From Ylistrum balloti (taxonomy: Eukaryota), in assembly GCF_031769215.1 (NCBI RefSeq), contig NW_026782835.1, forward strand, positions 1 through 60,977: a stretch of 60,977 nt of DNA, given 5' to 3'. The notes under the pieces are model-generated. The model saw only the letters and a list, made by a program, of their open reading frames with translations. It did not search any database and was not told the DNA's origin. Positions 19,322 through 29,080 of the stretch are shown here, piece after piece. How positions within the stretch are numbered: the stretch's first letter is position 1; the number at the start of each line of letters is the position of its first letter. Position numbers and translations under genes: made by a program.

Positions 19322-20394
19322 AGATTTTGTATTACCTCTTGAGCAAACACACTGGTGCTTACTGCTCTATGTTTTTCTGATGGGGGTAGTATGTCAACAG
19401 TTCGAGCATCCCCCTTTTCTAATACCGTAAACAATGCCCGTTCTAATGCATTGGCTGCTGTTTTTTCATTGATATCTCGTAAAAGCATAATACCACATTG
19501 AATTAAAGCTGTAGGGTTTAATGCATTCATGCCAGCAAATTCCGGTGCAGCACCATGTGTTGCCTCGTATATCACTGCTTTTTCACCTATATTTGAACCT
19601 GGGGCTACACCTAGCCCCCCTATCAACCCCGCACATAAGTCTGATACTATATCTCCATATAAATTAGGAAGCAAGAGAATATCGAAATTTTCTGGCGCCT
19701 GCACTAAGTTCATGCATAACGCATCGATAAGCATGTGCCTGCACTGAATATCACTGTGCTGGGTTAACTCTTCATGTGCTACTCTAAAAAAAAGTCCATC
19801 AGTATATTTCATAATATTAGACTTTGTTACTATAGTAATTTTCTTTCGTGCATGTGCGCGTGCATATTCCACTGCAAAACTACAAATACGTCTTGTAGCC
19901 GCCTCTGTTGCTGTTTTAATAGAAACACCAGCATCAGTTGCTACTTTTTTAGCACTGTGTGTGTTAAGATATTCAATAAGTTGCTTTGTTTCGTGCTTGC
20001 CAGATTCGAATTCTATCCCCGCATACAAATCCTCAGTGTTCTCACGAATAATCACCACATCAATGTGCTTATGGAGCGGTGATGCTATACCTTGCATGCT
20101 CTTACAAGGTCGCACACAGGCATACAGGTCTAGGGACTGTCTAAGCTGCACGTTTACACTACGGAACCCCGATGCTATAGGGGTAATAATGGGGCCCTTT
20201 AATGCTCGCCCAGTGTCTTGTATTGCCTCCAGTACATGTAGAGGGAGCAAAGCTTGTTCTGTCTCTATAGTTTTGGCGCCTGCTTCTTTCTCTATCCAAC
20301 GAATAGCTACCCCTGTGGCGTCTATACACTGCTTTGTGGCATGAATAAGCTCCGGTCCAACTCCGTCTCCTGGAATAAGCACTACATCTACCAT
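19318..20394 (-). CDS. icd: Isocitrate dehydrogenase (isocitrate/isopropylmalate dehydrogenase family)
   Basis: IPGDGVGPE, LKGPIITP..SGFRSVNV.LR..LDLYACVRP, RENTEDLYAG, KSNIMKYTDGLF, PNLYGDIVSDL, EATHG.AP; coupled to citrate synthase. ATG 20394 preferred over TTG 20412. Confidence 0.85.
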   Translation of the reverse strand: MVDVVLIPGDGVGPELIHATKQCIDATGVAIRWIEKEAGAKTIETEQALLPLHVLEAIQDTGRALKGPIITPIASGFRSVNVQLRQSLDLYACVRPCKSMQGIASPLHKHIDVVIIRENTEDLYAGIEFESGKHETKQLIEYLNTHSAKKVATDAGVSIKTATEAATRRICSFAVEYARAHARKKITIVTKSNIMKYTDGLFFRVAHEELTQHSDIQCRHMLIDALCMNLVQAPENFDILLLPNLYGDIVSDLCAGLIGGLGVAPGSNIGEKAVIYEATHGAAPEFAGMNALNPTALIQCGIMLLRDINEKTAANALERALFTVLEKGDARTVDILPPSEKHRAVSTSVFAQEVIQNL

Positions 20395-20633
20395 ACTACC
20401 AGTATAGTACAAGAGGTATATATATTCACATACTAGTACATATAGTATCTAAATGAAGCCTCTATGATTTCCTTCATTATTTCAAACATTTCGTCTATCT
20501 CTCACTCCACCCCTCTAAAAAACATAGAGGAAAGCAAGAAAAATTTATAGGTTTTGCTGTTGCAACTCTTTTATCATTAGTCCGGCCTCTTTGTCTCTTC
20601 TAGCAATAGTGCTTTTATAAAGCCTACATCATG

Positions 20634-20652
20634 TTTTTTTTTTTTTTTTTTT
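20634..20652 (+). repeat. T19 homopolymer (A19 on minus strand)
   Basis: 19 consecutive T counted in the sequence. Confidence 0.9.
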
Positions 20653-20771
20653 GATCTACTATACCACCACGAGGTTTAATAGTTCTCCACTGAAAGTATG
20701 TATCAAATTCTTTTTTAGGTTGTGTATTTTTGGTGTATGTTGTTTTTATTTTCTCTTAATTGCTCTTATAG

Positions 20772-21395
20772 CTACTCATGGCAGAAATAATGCCCCTTCA
20801 ATCCGTGAATATTAAATACCAGCACTTCGCTATGAAACAGTATACCTTCAAACAAGTTCTTAGGTAAACTCACAATACTTGTAATCTCGGGGTACGTACC
20901 GTCTACAAACTTTTTCCATCTTTTACTATCAAATGTTTGATTGAGACGAAAACCATAAGGGGTGAACATAACAATAGGTACGTCCTTCTCAAACAATTCT
21001 ATTGCCTTCATCAACCACACTTCAGGTAAAAGAGGTCTTCCTCCATAATGCTGCTTAATGTACGCTTTTGTTTTTGAGTCTATATTAAACGGGGGGTTCA
21101 TTATTACCAGACTTGGCCTTTCCTTGATATCTCCCTTTTTCATAGATAAATAATTCTTTATTTCTGTATGGGGGCAATCTGCATATTTTTTATCCACATC
21201 TACCCCTAACACTCTATATCCCGCCCTCATAAAAGGTTGTAAAAGAGACCCCATCCCTACACAAGGATCAAAAATAAGACCCCTTGCTATTTTTCCATCT
21301 AAGATTGAAAATAAATAATCGCTGGTCCTTTGTGGTGTATATATAGTTGCTTTCTTTTCGTTATTATAAAAATTATTTCTATCTACTCTATACAT
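20772..21395 (-). CDS. Small solitary N6-adenine DNA methyltransferase (gamma motif order)
   Basis: Motif X/I IYTP...FDPCVGMG..L, GVDVD, motif IV VIMNPPF, LPKNLF; AAGGGAG SD upstream. Confidence 0.8.
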   Translation of the reverse strand: MYRVDRNNFYNNEKKATIYTPQRTSDYLFSILDGKIARGLIFDPCVGMGSLLQPFMRAGYRVLGVDVDKKYADCPHTEIKNYLSMKKGDIKERPSLVIMNPPFNIDSKTKAYIKQHYGGRPLLPEVWLMKAIELFEKDVPIVMFTPYGFRLNQTFDSKRWKKFVDGTYPEITSIVSLPKNLFEGILFHSEVLVFNIHGLKGHYFCHE

Positions 21396-21717
21396 ACACT
21401 CCCTTGTTATGTTCAGTTATTTGTGGTTCCTTGCACCTCGCTTACGTTGTATCTTACATACTGCTTATAATAGCAATGTAAACATTGCATCCTAAGCACT
21501 GTACTTGCATTTTTTTCATCCAATACCCATATATTGCACTGTTGTTAGATTGTGAAGCTTGTTTCCTTACATTATCTATGTTTATTGTACCCTATCACAG
21601 CACTATTCATATATAGTAAAGAATTTCGGAAATCTATTTACATTATTTGCTCGGTAAGGTAGTAGGTTTCTGCTACGCTTACCCAATTCTCTTAATAAAG
21701 TAGTGTATACTATGAAC

Positions 21718-22941
21718 ATGACAAGCACAGTTTTCATTATAAGCATTATAGTAGTGGTTCTTATTACCTCTTTTATTGTATGGATACTCACAATGAGGTT
21801 TTACAGCAATGCTCTTACAAAAGAACGGAATAAAACATACGAGATACTAGGAAAGTTGCAAGAAAGCGAAGGAAAAGTACAGGCTTTGCAGGATATACAT
21901 CAAGACGCCCAGCGCTATGAGGAGCGTCTAAGCCAGCTCTTCGGTAGCCTCTCATCTAAGGCTCTTAAAGATAATTCGAGTCTATTCTTGCAACAGACAA
22001 GAGAACAGCTTAGTGGTATAGTATCTCCACTGCAGAAAGACATGGAACGACTGGATACCAGTATAGTAAACCTCGAGAAACAGCGCGAGGGGGCGTTTAC
22101 ATCTCTCAACAGTTCATTACTGCATCTTAATAAAGAAATTAAAGAGCTCTACACAGCAAACTCAGACCTTACAAAGAGCACGCTACAACTCAACAGCGCG
22201 CTTCGATCTGATGTTGCCACTCGTGGACACTGGGGAGAAATTCAACTTCGCAGAATAGTGGAAATATCGGGCATGAAACAACATATAGACTTTCTCGAGC
22301 AGGTAAGCACCAGCGCAGGAAGACCAGATATGATCATCAAGCTTCCAAGCGAGGGTATCATCCCAGTGGACGCTAAAACGCCTATGAGTGCGTATTTAGA
22401 GGCATGTCAGGCTAGCACCGAAGAACAGAAAAAAAACGCCCTTTATAGACACAAACAGTCTCTCCATAAGCATATTGCTACACTCAGTAAAAAAGAGTAC
22501 TGGACAGCCTTTGACCGCACCCCGCAGCTTGTTATTATGTTTGTTCCATACGAATCGGGTATTGAGGCATCCTTTTCCATAGACCCCGACCTTCTCGATA
22601 ATGCCTTGCTCAACAAAGTAATAGTAGCTGGCCCCTCCTCCCTCTACGCCTTGCTTAAGGTAATATCTTTTGGGTGGATGCAAATTGAATTAAGCAAGAA
22701 TGCAGAGGAGATACTCTCTGCAAGTCAGGAGCTCTTTAAGAGATTTTCTACATTCTTTGAACATTATAAAAAAATAGGAGTGCAACTTAAAAGTGCTGTC
22801 GATAGTTATAACAACGCAAACTCATCATGCAAGGCACGTTTGCTTCCCCAATTACAAAGGATAAAAGAAATGGGTGTTAAGCAATCTGAGGTATTAGATG
22901 ACGCAGATTTGCTACCATTAGAACATCCTCAATATGAATAG
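21718..22941 (+). CDS. rmuC: DNA recombination protein RmuC
   Basis: N-terminal TM plus coiled coil, RGHWGEIQL.RIVE..G, RPDMIIKLP....I.VDAK.P, VIMFVPYE. Start could be 21703, 21712 or 21718. Confidence 0.9.
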   Translation: MTSTVFIISIIVVVLITSFIVWILTMRFYSNALTKERNKTYEILGKLQESEGKVQALQDIHQDAQRYEERLSQLFGSLSSKALKDNSSLFLQQTREQLSGIVSPLQKDMERLDTSIVNLEKQREGAFTSLNSSLLHLNKEIKELYTANSDLTKSTLQLNSALRSDVATRGHWGEIQLRRIVEISGMKQHIDFLEQVSTSAGRPDMIIKLPSEGIIPVDAKTPMSAYLEACQASTEEQKKNALYRHKQSLHKHIATLSKKEYWTAFDRTPQLVIMFVPYESGIEASFSIDPDLLDNALLNKVIVAGPSSLYALLKVISFGWMQIELSKNAEEILSASQELFKRFSTFFEHYKKIGVQLKSAVDSYNNANSSCKARLLPQLQRIKEMGVKQSEVLDDADLLPLEHPQYE

Positions 22942-24388
22942 TAAGCACAGTACAGAACACCCAATTGCTGCTCTTGCTACTCCATTTCAGCCCAGTGCGC
23001 TTGCCATAGTGCGCGTATCAGGAAGGACTTGCATTTCTTTGCTTGCAAAAATCTGCTCGAATCCAAAAAAAATTCTTGAAGTTACAGCAAACCTTACTTA
23101 CCCCTACATGCTTGTTGATCCGAAGAACATGCAGAAACTTGATAGAGCAATGATAACGGTGTATCGAGGGGGAAAATCATATACAGGAGAAGAAAGCGCT
23201 GACATTACTATTCATGGGAGTATTGCGGGTATACAGCGCCTGCTCTCTACTTTGTACCACGTAGGTTTTGCTGCAGCAGAGCCAGGTGAATTCACAAAGA
23301 GGGCATTTCTTAACGGAAAACTTGACTTAACACAGGCAGAAGCAGTTCACGAAGTAATCCAAGCACAGAACAGCAGCAGTCACATCGAAGCCCTAGAAAA
23401 GCTAGCGGGTTCTGTGTTTTCTTATATTGATACTATAAAGCAAGATGTATTACAGCTTGTAGCTGCATGCCGCGTAAGCCTAGACTATCCTGAAGATGAG
23501 ATACAAGAGCGTATTGAATTTAAAACAGAAGACATACAGAATGCCATCAACAAAATTGATGCAATGCTTGCTGCGTATCAGATACATAAAACAAGGCAAT
23601 CAACTCTCAGAATAGTAATATGCGGTCAGACTAATGTGGGCAAAAGCTCGCTTTTTAATGCGCTTACACGAGAAGAACGGGCGATAGTAAGCAGTACACA
23701 TGGGACTACGCGAGATTTTCTTGAGTCTTCGTTTTCATTGCGGGATATACCCATTACGCTGTACGACACTGCGGGTATTCGTAGCCTGACGCCTCAAGAC
23801 AAAGACAGAAGCATTGAAGAGGCTGGTATCGAGCGAAGCAAAGAGCTTATTGCCCATGCTCAGCTCATACTCTTTATGGTAGATATGCACAGGGGGTGGA
23901 CAGAGAAAGACACAGTTCTTTTTCAGGACATGCTTGCCTTGCACGGCAAGGAAGACACTCCACCTGCAGTGCTTATTGTGTATAATAAATGTGATCTCCT
24001 TGCATCTCCCCCCTCCGAGGCAGTATACACCACAATACCGCATGCTCTTAGTGCATACAAGAACCCTAGTAGTACAGTGTGTATTAGTGCAAAACAGTAT
24101 CGTAACATAGACGTGCTACTTTCTAACATATATACAGTACTTTGCAAAGATATGCCCAGTTCCTACGAAGGGCTTCCCCAGCTCTCTTCAGAACGCCAGA
24201 AAACACTACTCGAAGAAAGTAAATCTGCGCTTGTAGAAGTAGCACGAGCACTAGAACACTCACTCCCGCTTGATATGATAAGTTTAGACCTAGACCAGGC
24301 ATTATCTAGTTTGGGTAAAATTACTGGCGAAGTACTGGACGATGATGTGTTAGATCTTGTTTTTTCGTCGTTCTGCGTTGGCAAATAG
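22934..24388 (+). CDS. mnmE: tRNA modification GTPase MnmE (TrmE)
   Basis: IAALATP, GEFTKRAFLNGKLDLTQAEA, G.TNVGKSSL, GTTRD, DTAG, NKCD, terminal FCVGK. Confidence 0.96.
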   Translation: MNSKHSTEHPIAALATPFQPSALAIVRVSGRTCISLLAKICSNPKKILEVTANLTYPYMLVDPKNMQKLDRAMITVYRGGKSYTGEESADITIHGSIAGIQRLLSTLYHVGFAAAEPGEFTKRAFLNGKLDLTQAEAVHEVIQAQNSSSHIEALEKLAGSVFSYIDTIKQDVLQLVAACRVSLDYPEDEIQERIEFKTEDIQNAINKIDAMLAAYQIHKTRQSTLRIVICGQTNVGKSSLFNALTREERAIVSSTHGTTRDFLESSFSLRDIPITLYDTAGIRSLTPQDKDRSIEEAGIERSKELIAHAQLILFMVDMHRGWTEKDTVLFQDMLALHGKEDTPPAVLIVYNKCDLLASPPSEAVYTTIPHALSAYKNPSSTVCISAKQYRNIDVLLSNIYTVLCKDMPSSYEGLPQLSSERQKTLLEESKSALVEVARALEHSLPLDMISLDLDQALSSLGKITGEVLDDDVLDLVFSSFCVGK

Positions 24389-24395
24389 CAGTATG

Positions 24396-26914
24396 CTATC
24401 TCACTCGTATATAGAGGTTTATTTCAAACTGACTCAGCCAATCTGCTGGATTAAAAATATACTCATAATTTCTATTATTAGGATCTTGATTTGTTGCTCC
24501 CTCATAGTCATCTTCTATTAACTCAGTATCCGTAAAATCAAACCAAGCTAAAAAATCACCTAAACTAAAACGATACCGAAACTCTACATTGCTGCTTTCA
24601 AAGAAATTGCCAGAAAAGGAGGGTACGAGCGACCAATCGGGGACATAGGAGCGCGCAGAATTTACTAAGCCGGTGGTTTTTGCAAGCACACCAGCAAAAG
24701 ATTGTACCTCGGTAGGAGTAAAGGGTATATCAATATAATAGGAATTAGTGAGAGAAAAATTAAGTGCTGGATGTATATTATACGTGTAATTAAATTTTAC
24801 TGTGTGCCTGTAATCATTAAGAGCTGGCAACCAACCATCTTCGGCGGTTTCAAAATAGGTAAACCCCAATGTATATGAGAGATCTAGTAGTTGATTATCA
24901 GAGATAAACTGCCAGCGCAATGTTCCCCCGGTCCCATATCCATGCTGCACAGGAAAAAACGAGTATCCACGTTCATTCTCTATGGTATCGTACCTGTACT
25001 GACTAAACACACCATTAAAATTATAGTACCACCCAAAGTATGGTGTTACAGAAAGTTGGTGCTCCCCTAATGTAACAAGGTACTTGTTAAAGAACATAAA
25101 CCCATAATTGGGGTCTGTATATATCGTATCTCCTGCATCATACTTTATAGTTTCTTCCAGTATTTTTCTATCAATGTACTGTAATTTTTCTAAGAACGCT
25201 GGGCTCCAGCTTGCAAAGAAAGATATAGTGTATATATCGCTAAATGTTGTGGAGAGCTCCCCTCGCACAGAGGGGTACAATTGCTCGGGCGACTGGTATA
25301 TCCATGCAAGACCGGGTGAAAGAGAGAGCTTAAATTCTCCTCCCAAGTAGCTAGTCTCATAATCATATTGAAGATAGGTGTAGCTATGGAAGTACTCTTC
25401 ATCCACTACATACAAGGGCAGCTCAACTTGAATAATATCTCCAGGAATGTTTATATTCTCGTAAGAGTAGAGATCTTGATACTCTGCATATAAATTCGAG
25501 TAGTGCAAAATAGCTCCTATACTTAGCAGATGCTCATCTCCTAGTGCAAGAGAGAAGTTGTTTTTATGCCAATATCCCATACTGTAGAAGCTCCCTTATA
25601 ATCGTAGCCTCTGAATATATTTCTATTTTCTCTTTGCGCTGCTTGACGCTCTCGCTCCGGCACCACCTTAATGTTAAATTCTGTATCGGCTGTTGTCGTA
25701 TAGTAGTAGCCAGTAAAATCCAAAGCGTTAAAGCCAAAGGAACCCACAGCTCTTGACCACTGTATGCCGGCTCCCAGAAAATAAGGGAAACTGATTGTGT
25801 CTAACTCTACATTATCAGTCTCAGAAAAGACATTTATTGTGTCATAAAATGCTAGCGTAATAAATTTTACTCTGTCAACATCCTTTTGGTAGTCTAAAGA
25901 CAAAAACCAGTCTCCATAGAGATACCGCGTAATATCTGTTGTGGTGCCTGGAACCGTCGCCTCTACAAGCTGTTCGATAAGAGGGAACAGTGTATACTGA
26001 GCAATAGATTGTCGTGCAATAGTGAATATACTACCATTCTCGTCAAATTTTGTACGAAATCCTAGATAGGGATCAGTAAGGCCTATCCCAATATCATACT
26101 GTGTATCTATTACGTTTTCGGGGAAAACTATTACTGTACCCCCCAAGGCTTGGCCATACTGTCCTGGTGGTGTTCCTTTTATTGTTTTAATAGTACTAAT
26201 TGCTTCCTTGCTAATTATTGGTTTTGTGCTATCTGCGAGGTGTGTATTAGAAGGAATAGGAAGAAAGTCAATAAACGCTAAGTTCCAAGCTGTATCTCCT
26301 CCAAATACAGAATAAGACGATCCTGGTGCAAAAAAATTGCCGCTTCTGGGGTTAAGTATAAAGGGGGGTCCCTCTGCTATTTCAGAGTTAAGCACAACGC
26401 CTGCCTCTGTGGTAATAATGTTAAATGGATCGTTGTTGGGCACGGGTATATTATCTACCAATTCTTCGGTATACTCAGTTACATTTGGCTCTTCTTGTAT
26501 CTCACGCTCTGCGGTAACCACTATCTCTTCTTCAACTGTCGTCTCGCCTAGTTCAGGGGATATTTCAAAGATTTCTGGATTCTCCTCGTTGGATGCGTTG
26601 ACTTCTATATTAAAATCAAACTCCTCATCAAACACAAAAATCTTAAGAAAGTAGTTCCCTGCCTCTATATCATAGAATACAAACTTCCCATCCTCTCCAC
26701 TCAATTCCACAGCGTCTATTTCTACAATAACTACTGTTGCATCAGAAACTGCCTCTCCTGCATCCAGCACATACCCGTGGTATTCTAAAGCAAAAAGAGG
26801 GCTACTATACAAAAATAATAATACGCATAGTATTTTAACGTTTGCACTCACTACTAAATAATAGTACACTTTTACTATAAATGAAAGCACTAATATGCGA
26901 ATGATGCAAGACAA
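24396..26914 (-). pseudogene. TonB-dependent-receptor-like outer-membrane protein split by a -1 frameshift (ORFs 25541-26914 and 24396-25580)
   Basis: Signal peptide, carboxypeptidase-regulatory-like domain (GYVLDAGEAV.DATV..E), EEIVVTAER plug entry, then aromatic beta-strand-rich sequence continuing across the overlap. One extra A in the A5 run (T5 at 25561-25565) joins ..WDIGIK to NNFSLALG... True start probably near 26851. Confidence 0.6.
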
Positions 26915-27312
26915 TAAAGACCCCCTATATCCTCTCGCAGCACAGGACCTAGTAAGCGCGAGTCTAAACCTTTTTCATCTAATGCAAATACAGGAAGAGA
27001 ATGTGGTAGTGTATTGTTTTGGAGAATATAACTGCGGGTGCTTTCGTATACCCTCTTAATAACATAATGCCCCCTCGCTTCCATCCTTGCTGCTATATGT
27101 GGATGCACCTTCTCCAGCCATCTAGGGTGTATGGCAACATATGCTTCCGTGCACATTATGTGAGCATAGTTATACTGGCGTATATAATACCCAATTGGCA
27201 CCGAAGCACTTGTGTTCCGTAGAATAAGCGGGGCTACTCTCTCTTGTAATACAAGCAATATGCAAAGCCCACATACTATAACAGAACACGTTATCCAACA
27301 GTAGCGCTTCAT
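26890..27312 (-). CDS. traF: TraF-like S26 family pilin-processing peptidase
   Basis: N-terminal TM, RNTSASVPIGYY (Ser), YVIKRV (Lys), LDSRLLGPV match IncP TraF/S26 motifs; compact and divergent. Confidence 0.7.
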   Translation of the reverse strand: MKRYCWITCSVIVCGLCILLVLQERVAPLILRNTSASVPIGYYIRQYNYAHIMCTEAYVAIHPRWLEKVHPHIAARMEARGHYVIKRVYESTRSYILQNNTLPHSLPVFALDEKGLDSRLLGPVLREDIGGLYCLASFAY

Positions 27313-27689
27313 TCTCTTGTAATAAAAAAATACTGCTGTCTTAGATCTAATGTTTCAAGATAATCATCGGTGGCACTCAGCCAGAGAGGAAAAGAAATTA
27401 TAAAACCCAGGAGCCCTGCACCAAGTATGGAGTATCCTGTAATCACGGTACTATCTTGATAGAGATCAAATTCTTCGTTATTTGCTAACAATGCATACGA
27501 AGCTACTCCTCCACCAATTATCGCAATGATAAGCCCTGCAATAGCAATACCCTTATGTACTGACATGTGGTACTTGTGCTCCTCAATGTAAGCATCAAAA
27601 CTGTGCAGATCTTCCATCACATCAGCATAAGAAGCAAAGGGAGTACAGATTATACATAACAACATAATGCACAAAATAGTTCTCTTCAT
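27309..27689 (-). CDS. Hypothetical membrane protein (signal peptide plus two TM helices)
   Basis: 126-aa ORF, ATGA-coupled to traF, with Gly-rich hydrophobic segments. Confidence 0.7.
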   Translation of the reverse strand: MKRTILCIMLLCIICTPFASYADVMEDLHSFDAYIEEHKYHMSVHKGIAIAGLIIAIIGGGVASYALLANNEEFDLYQDSTVITGYSILGAGLLGFIISFPLWLSATDDYLETLDLRQQYFFITRE

Positions 27690-27704
27690 ATCTTTGTGTT
27701 CCCC

Positions 27705-29078
27705 CTACATGGGATCCATCTCAATATCATAATGCACAAAAACATGAGAAAGCGTTCCGGGTTCCACAGTAAGAGTTGCTTGCCGATCCAAAAATTTATT
27801 CGCTAGTCTTTCTGCAGAAGAAATGGCATTACTGCCGGTTCGTTGTAGCACATCAGAAAGAATCGCGGCTTCATTACCACTAGACTGTAACGAAGCTGCC
27901 CCATAATCCACACCTAACTGAAAAAGTGAGGAGAGTAAGGACACCCCAATACTAGCTCCAATGTTTGTGCGTACCCTAGATGCCACCCCAGCAGATCCTT
28001 GCGTATCCACCCCTTGCATGCCTTGAAGAAAAAGCACCACTCCATCTGTTCGTGTTACACGTTCCCATACAACAAGCACCCTCACCTGCCCCCATGATAT
28101 CTCAGAATCATAGGTTCCTATTAATGTAGACCCCTTAGGGATAAGCAGGTTGTAGCCGTGAAATGAATCGTAGATGTTCTCCACAACTCGAGCGCTTATA
28201 CTACCTGGAAGATCACTGTTAATTTGGCTAAGCAGTACTATAGGAATAATAGAACCTGCTGCCAACACCGATTTTGTATTCCTTATGCTGCTCCTTTCCT
28301 GTTGTATGCTCTTCGGTTCTTTAGATTGCTGCAGATCAAGAAATCCCTTCTTAGCTTGCTGAGAATTTTGCACATTGTAGTTCGATTGTGTCTCGGAAAA
28401 GTGTATTGCCTTCGACAGTACATCTCCTGCCTCTGTAATAGATTCCAAGTGTGGGATGGTAACTCCTGCTTTAGATACAAAGATAGCAGATAACCTCCCT
28501 TTCTCGATATGTGAAGCACTGCTTTCGGCAACTTCTTTTTTCCCCGATAACAGATCGCCTAATTGCCCCAACCTCTTGCTAAAGTTTGAGGCAATGCTAG
28601 TATACGTAGTGGTAGTGTTGCTGTAATCGGAACTTTCTCTAAACTGCTGAGGTATACGTACGCTGGTATCAGTACCCACATCATCAGTTATCACACCGTC
28701 TTTAACGCGTGGCAGAACATCTGCTGAGGGAGAATCACTACTATCACTACTATACACATTTCCTGTGCTTGCATCCTCATACACTAAGGATTTCATGCGT
28801 AGTTTTTGTATCTCATCTATTTCTTGCGCCTGCTTGCTATTAGGAAATACAGTGCTACCTAGCTGTTCTTTTATACTAGTATTGTAGTCGCTAGCTATAA
28901 TCTCCAAGTCATGTGGAACAATAACGGTAAACACCCCCTTCTTCTCTTCAACACTCTTTCTTTTACTTGTATGCGTGCTTCCTAAACCTATGACAAGAGC
29001 AGTAATTACAAGTCCAATAAACAACAGGAAAAGCAAACGAATGAGTTTAAGTTTTAATGTAATATTTTTTGGCAGCAT
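27705..29078 (-). CDS. trbI: TrbI/VirB10 family T4SS core protein
   Basis: N-terminal TM; C-terminal LAAGSIIPIVLLSQINSDLPG.I.ARV..NIYDS....LLIP.GS.LIG.Y.S....GQ.RVLVVW, GVD..G.AG, LTVEPG. Confidence 0.93.
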   Translation of the reverse strand: MLPKNITLKLKLIRLLFLLFIGLVITALVIGLGSTHTSKRKSVEEKKGVFTVIVPHDLEIIASDYNTSIKEQLGSTVFPNSKQAQEIDEIQKLRMKSLVYEDASTGNVYSSDSSDSPSADVLPRVKDGVITDDVGTDTSVRIPQQFRESSDYSNTTTTYTSIASNFSKRLGQLGDLLSGKKEVAESSASHIEKGRLSAIFVSKAGVTIPHLESITEAGDVLSKAIHFSETQSNYNVQNSQQAKKGFLDLQQSKEPKSIQQERSSIRNTKSVLAAGSIIPIVLLSQINSDLPGSISARVVENIYDSFHGYNLLIPKGSTLIGTYDSEISWGQVRVLVVWERVTRTDGVVLFLQGMQGVDTQGSAGVASRVRTNIGASIGVSLLSSLFQLGVDYGAASLQSSGNEAAILSDVLQRTGSNAISSAERLANKFLDRQATLTVEPGTLSHVFVHYDIEMDPM

Positions 29079-29080
29079 AC

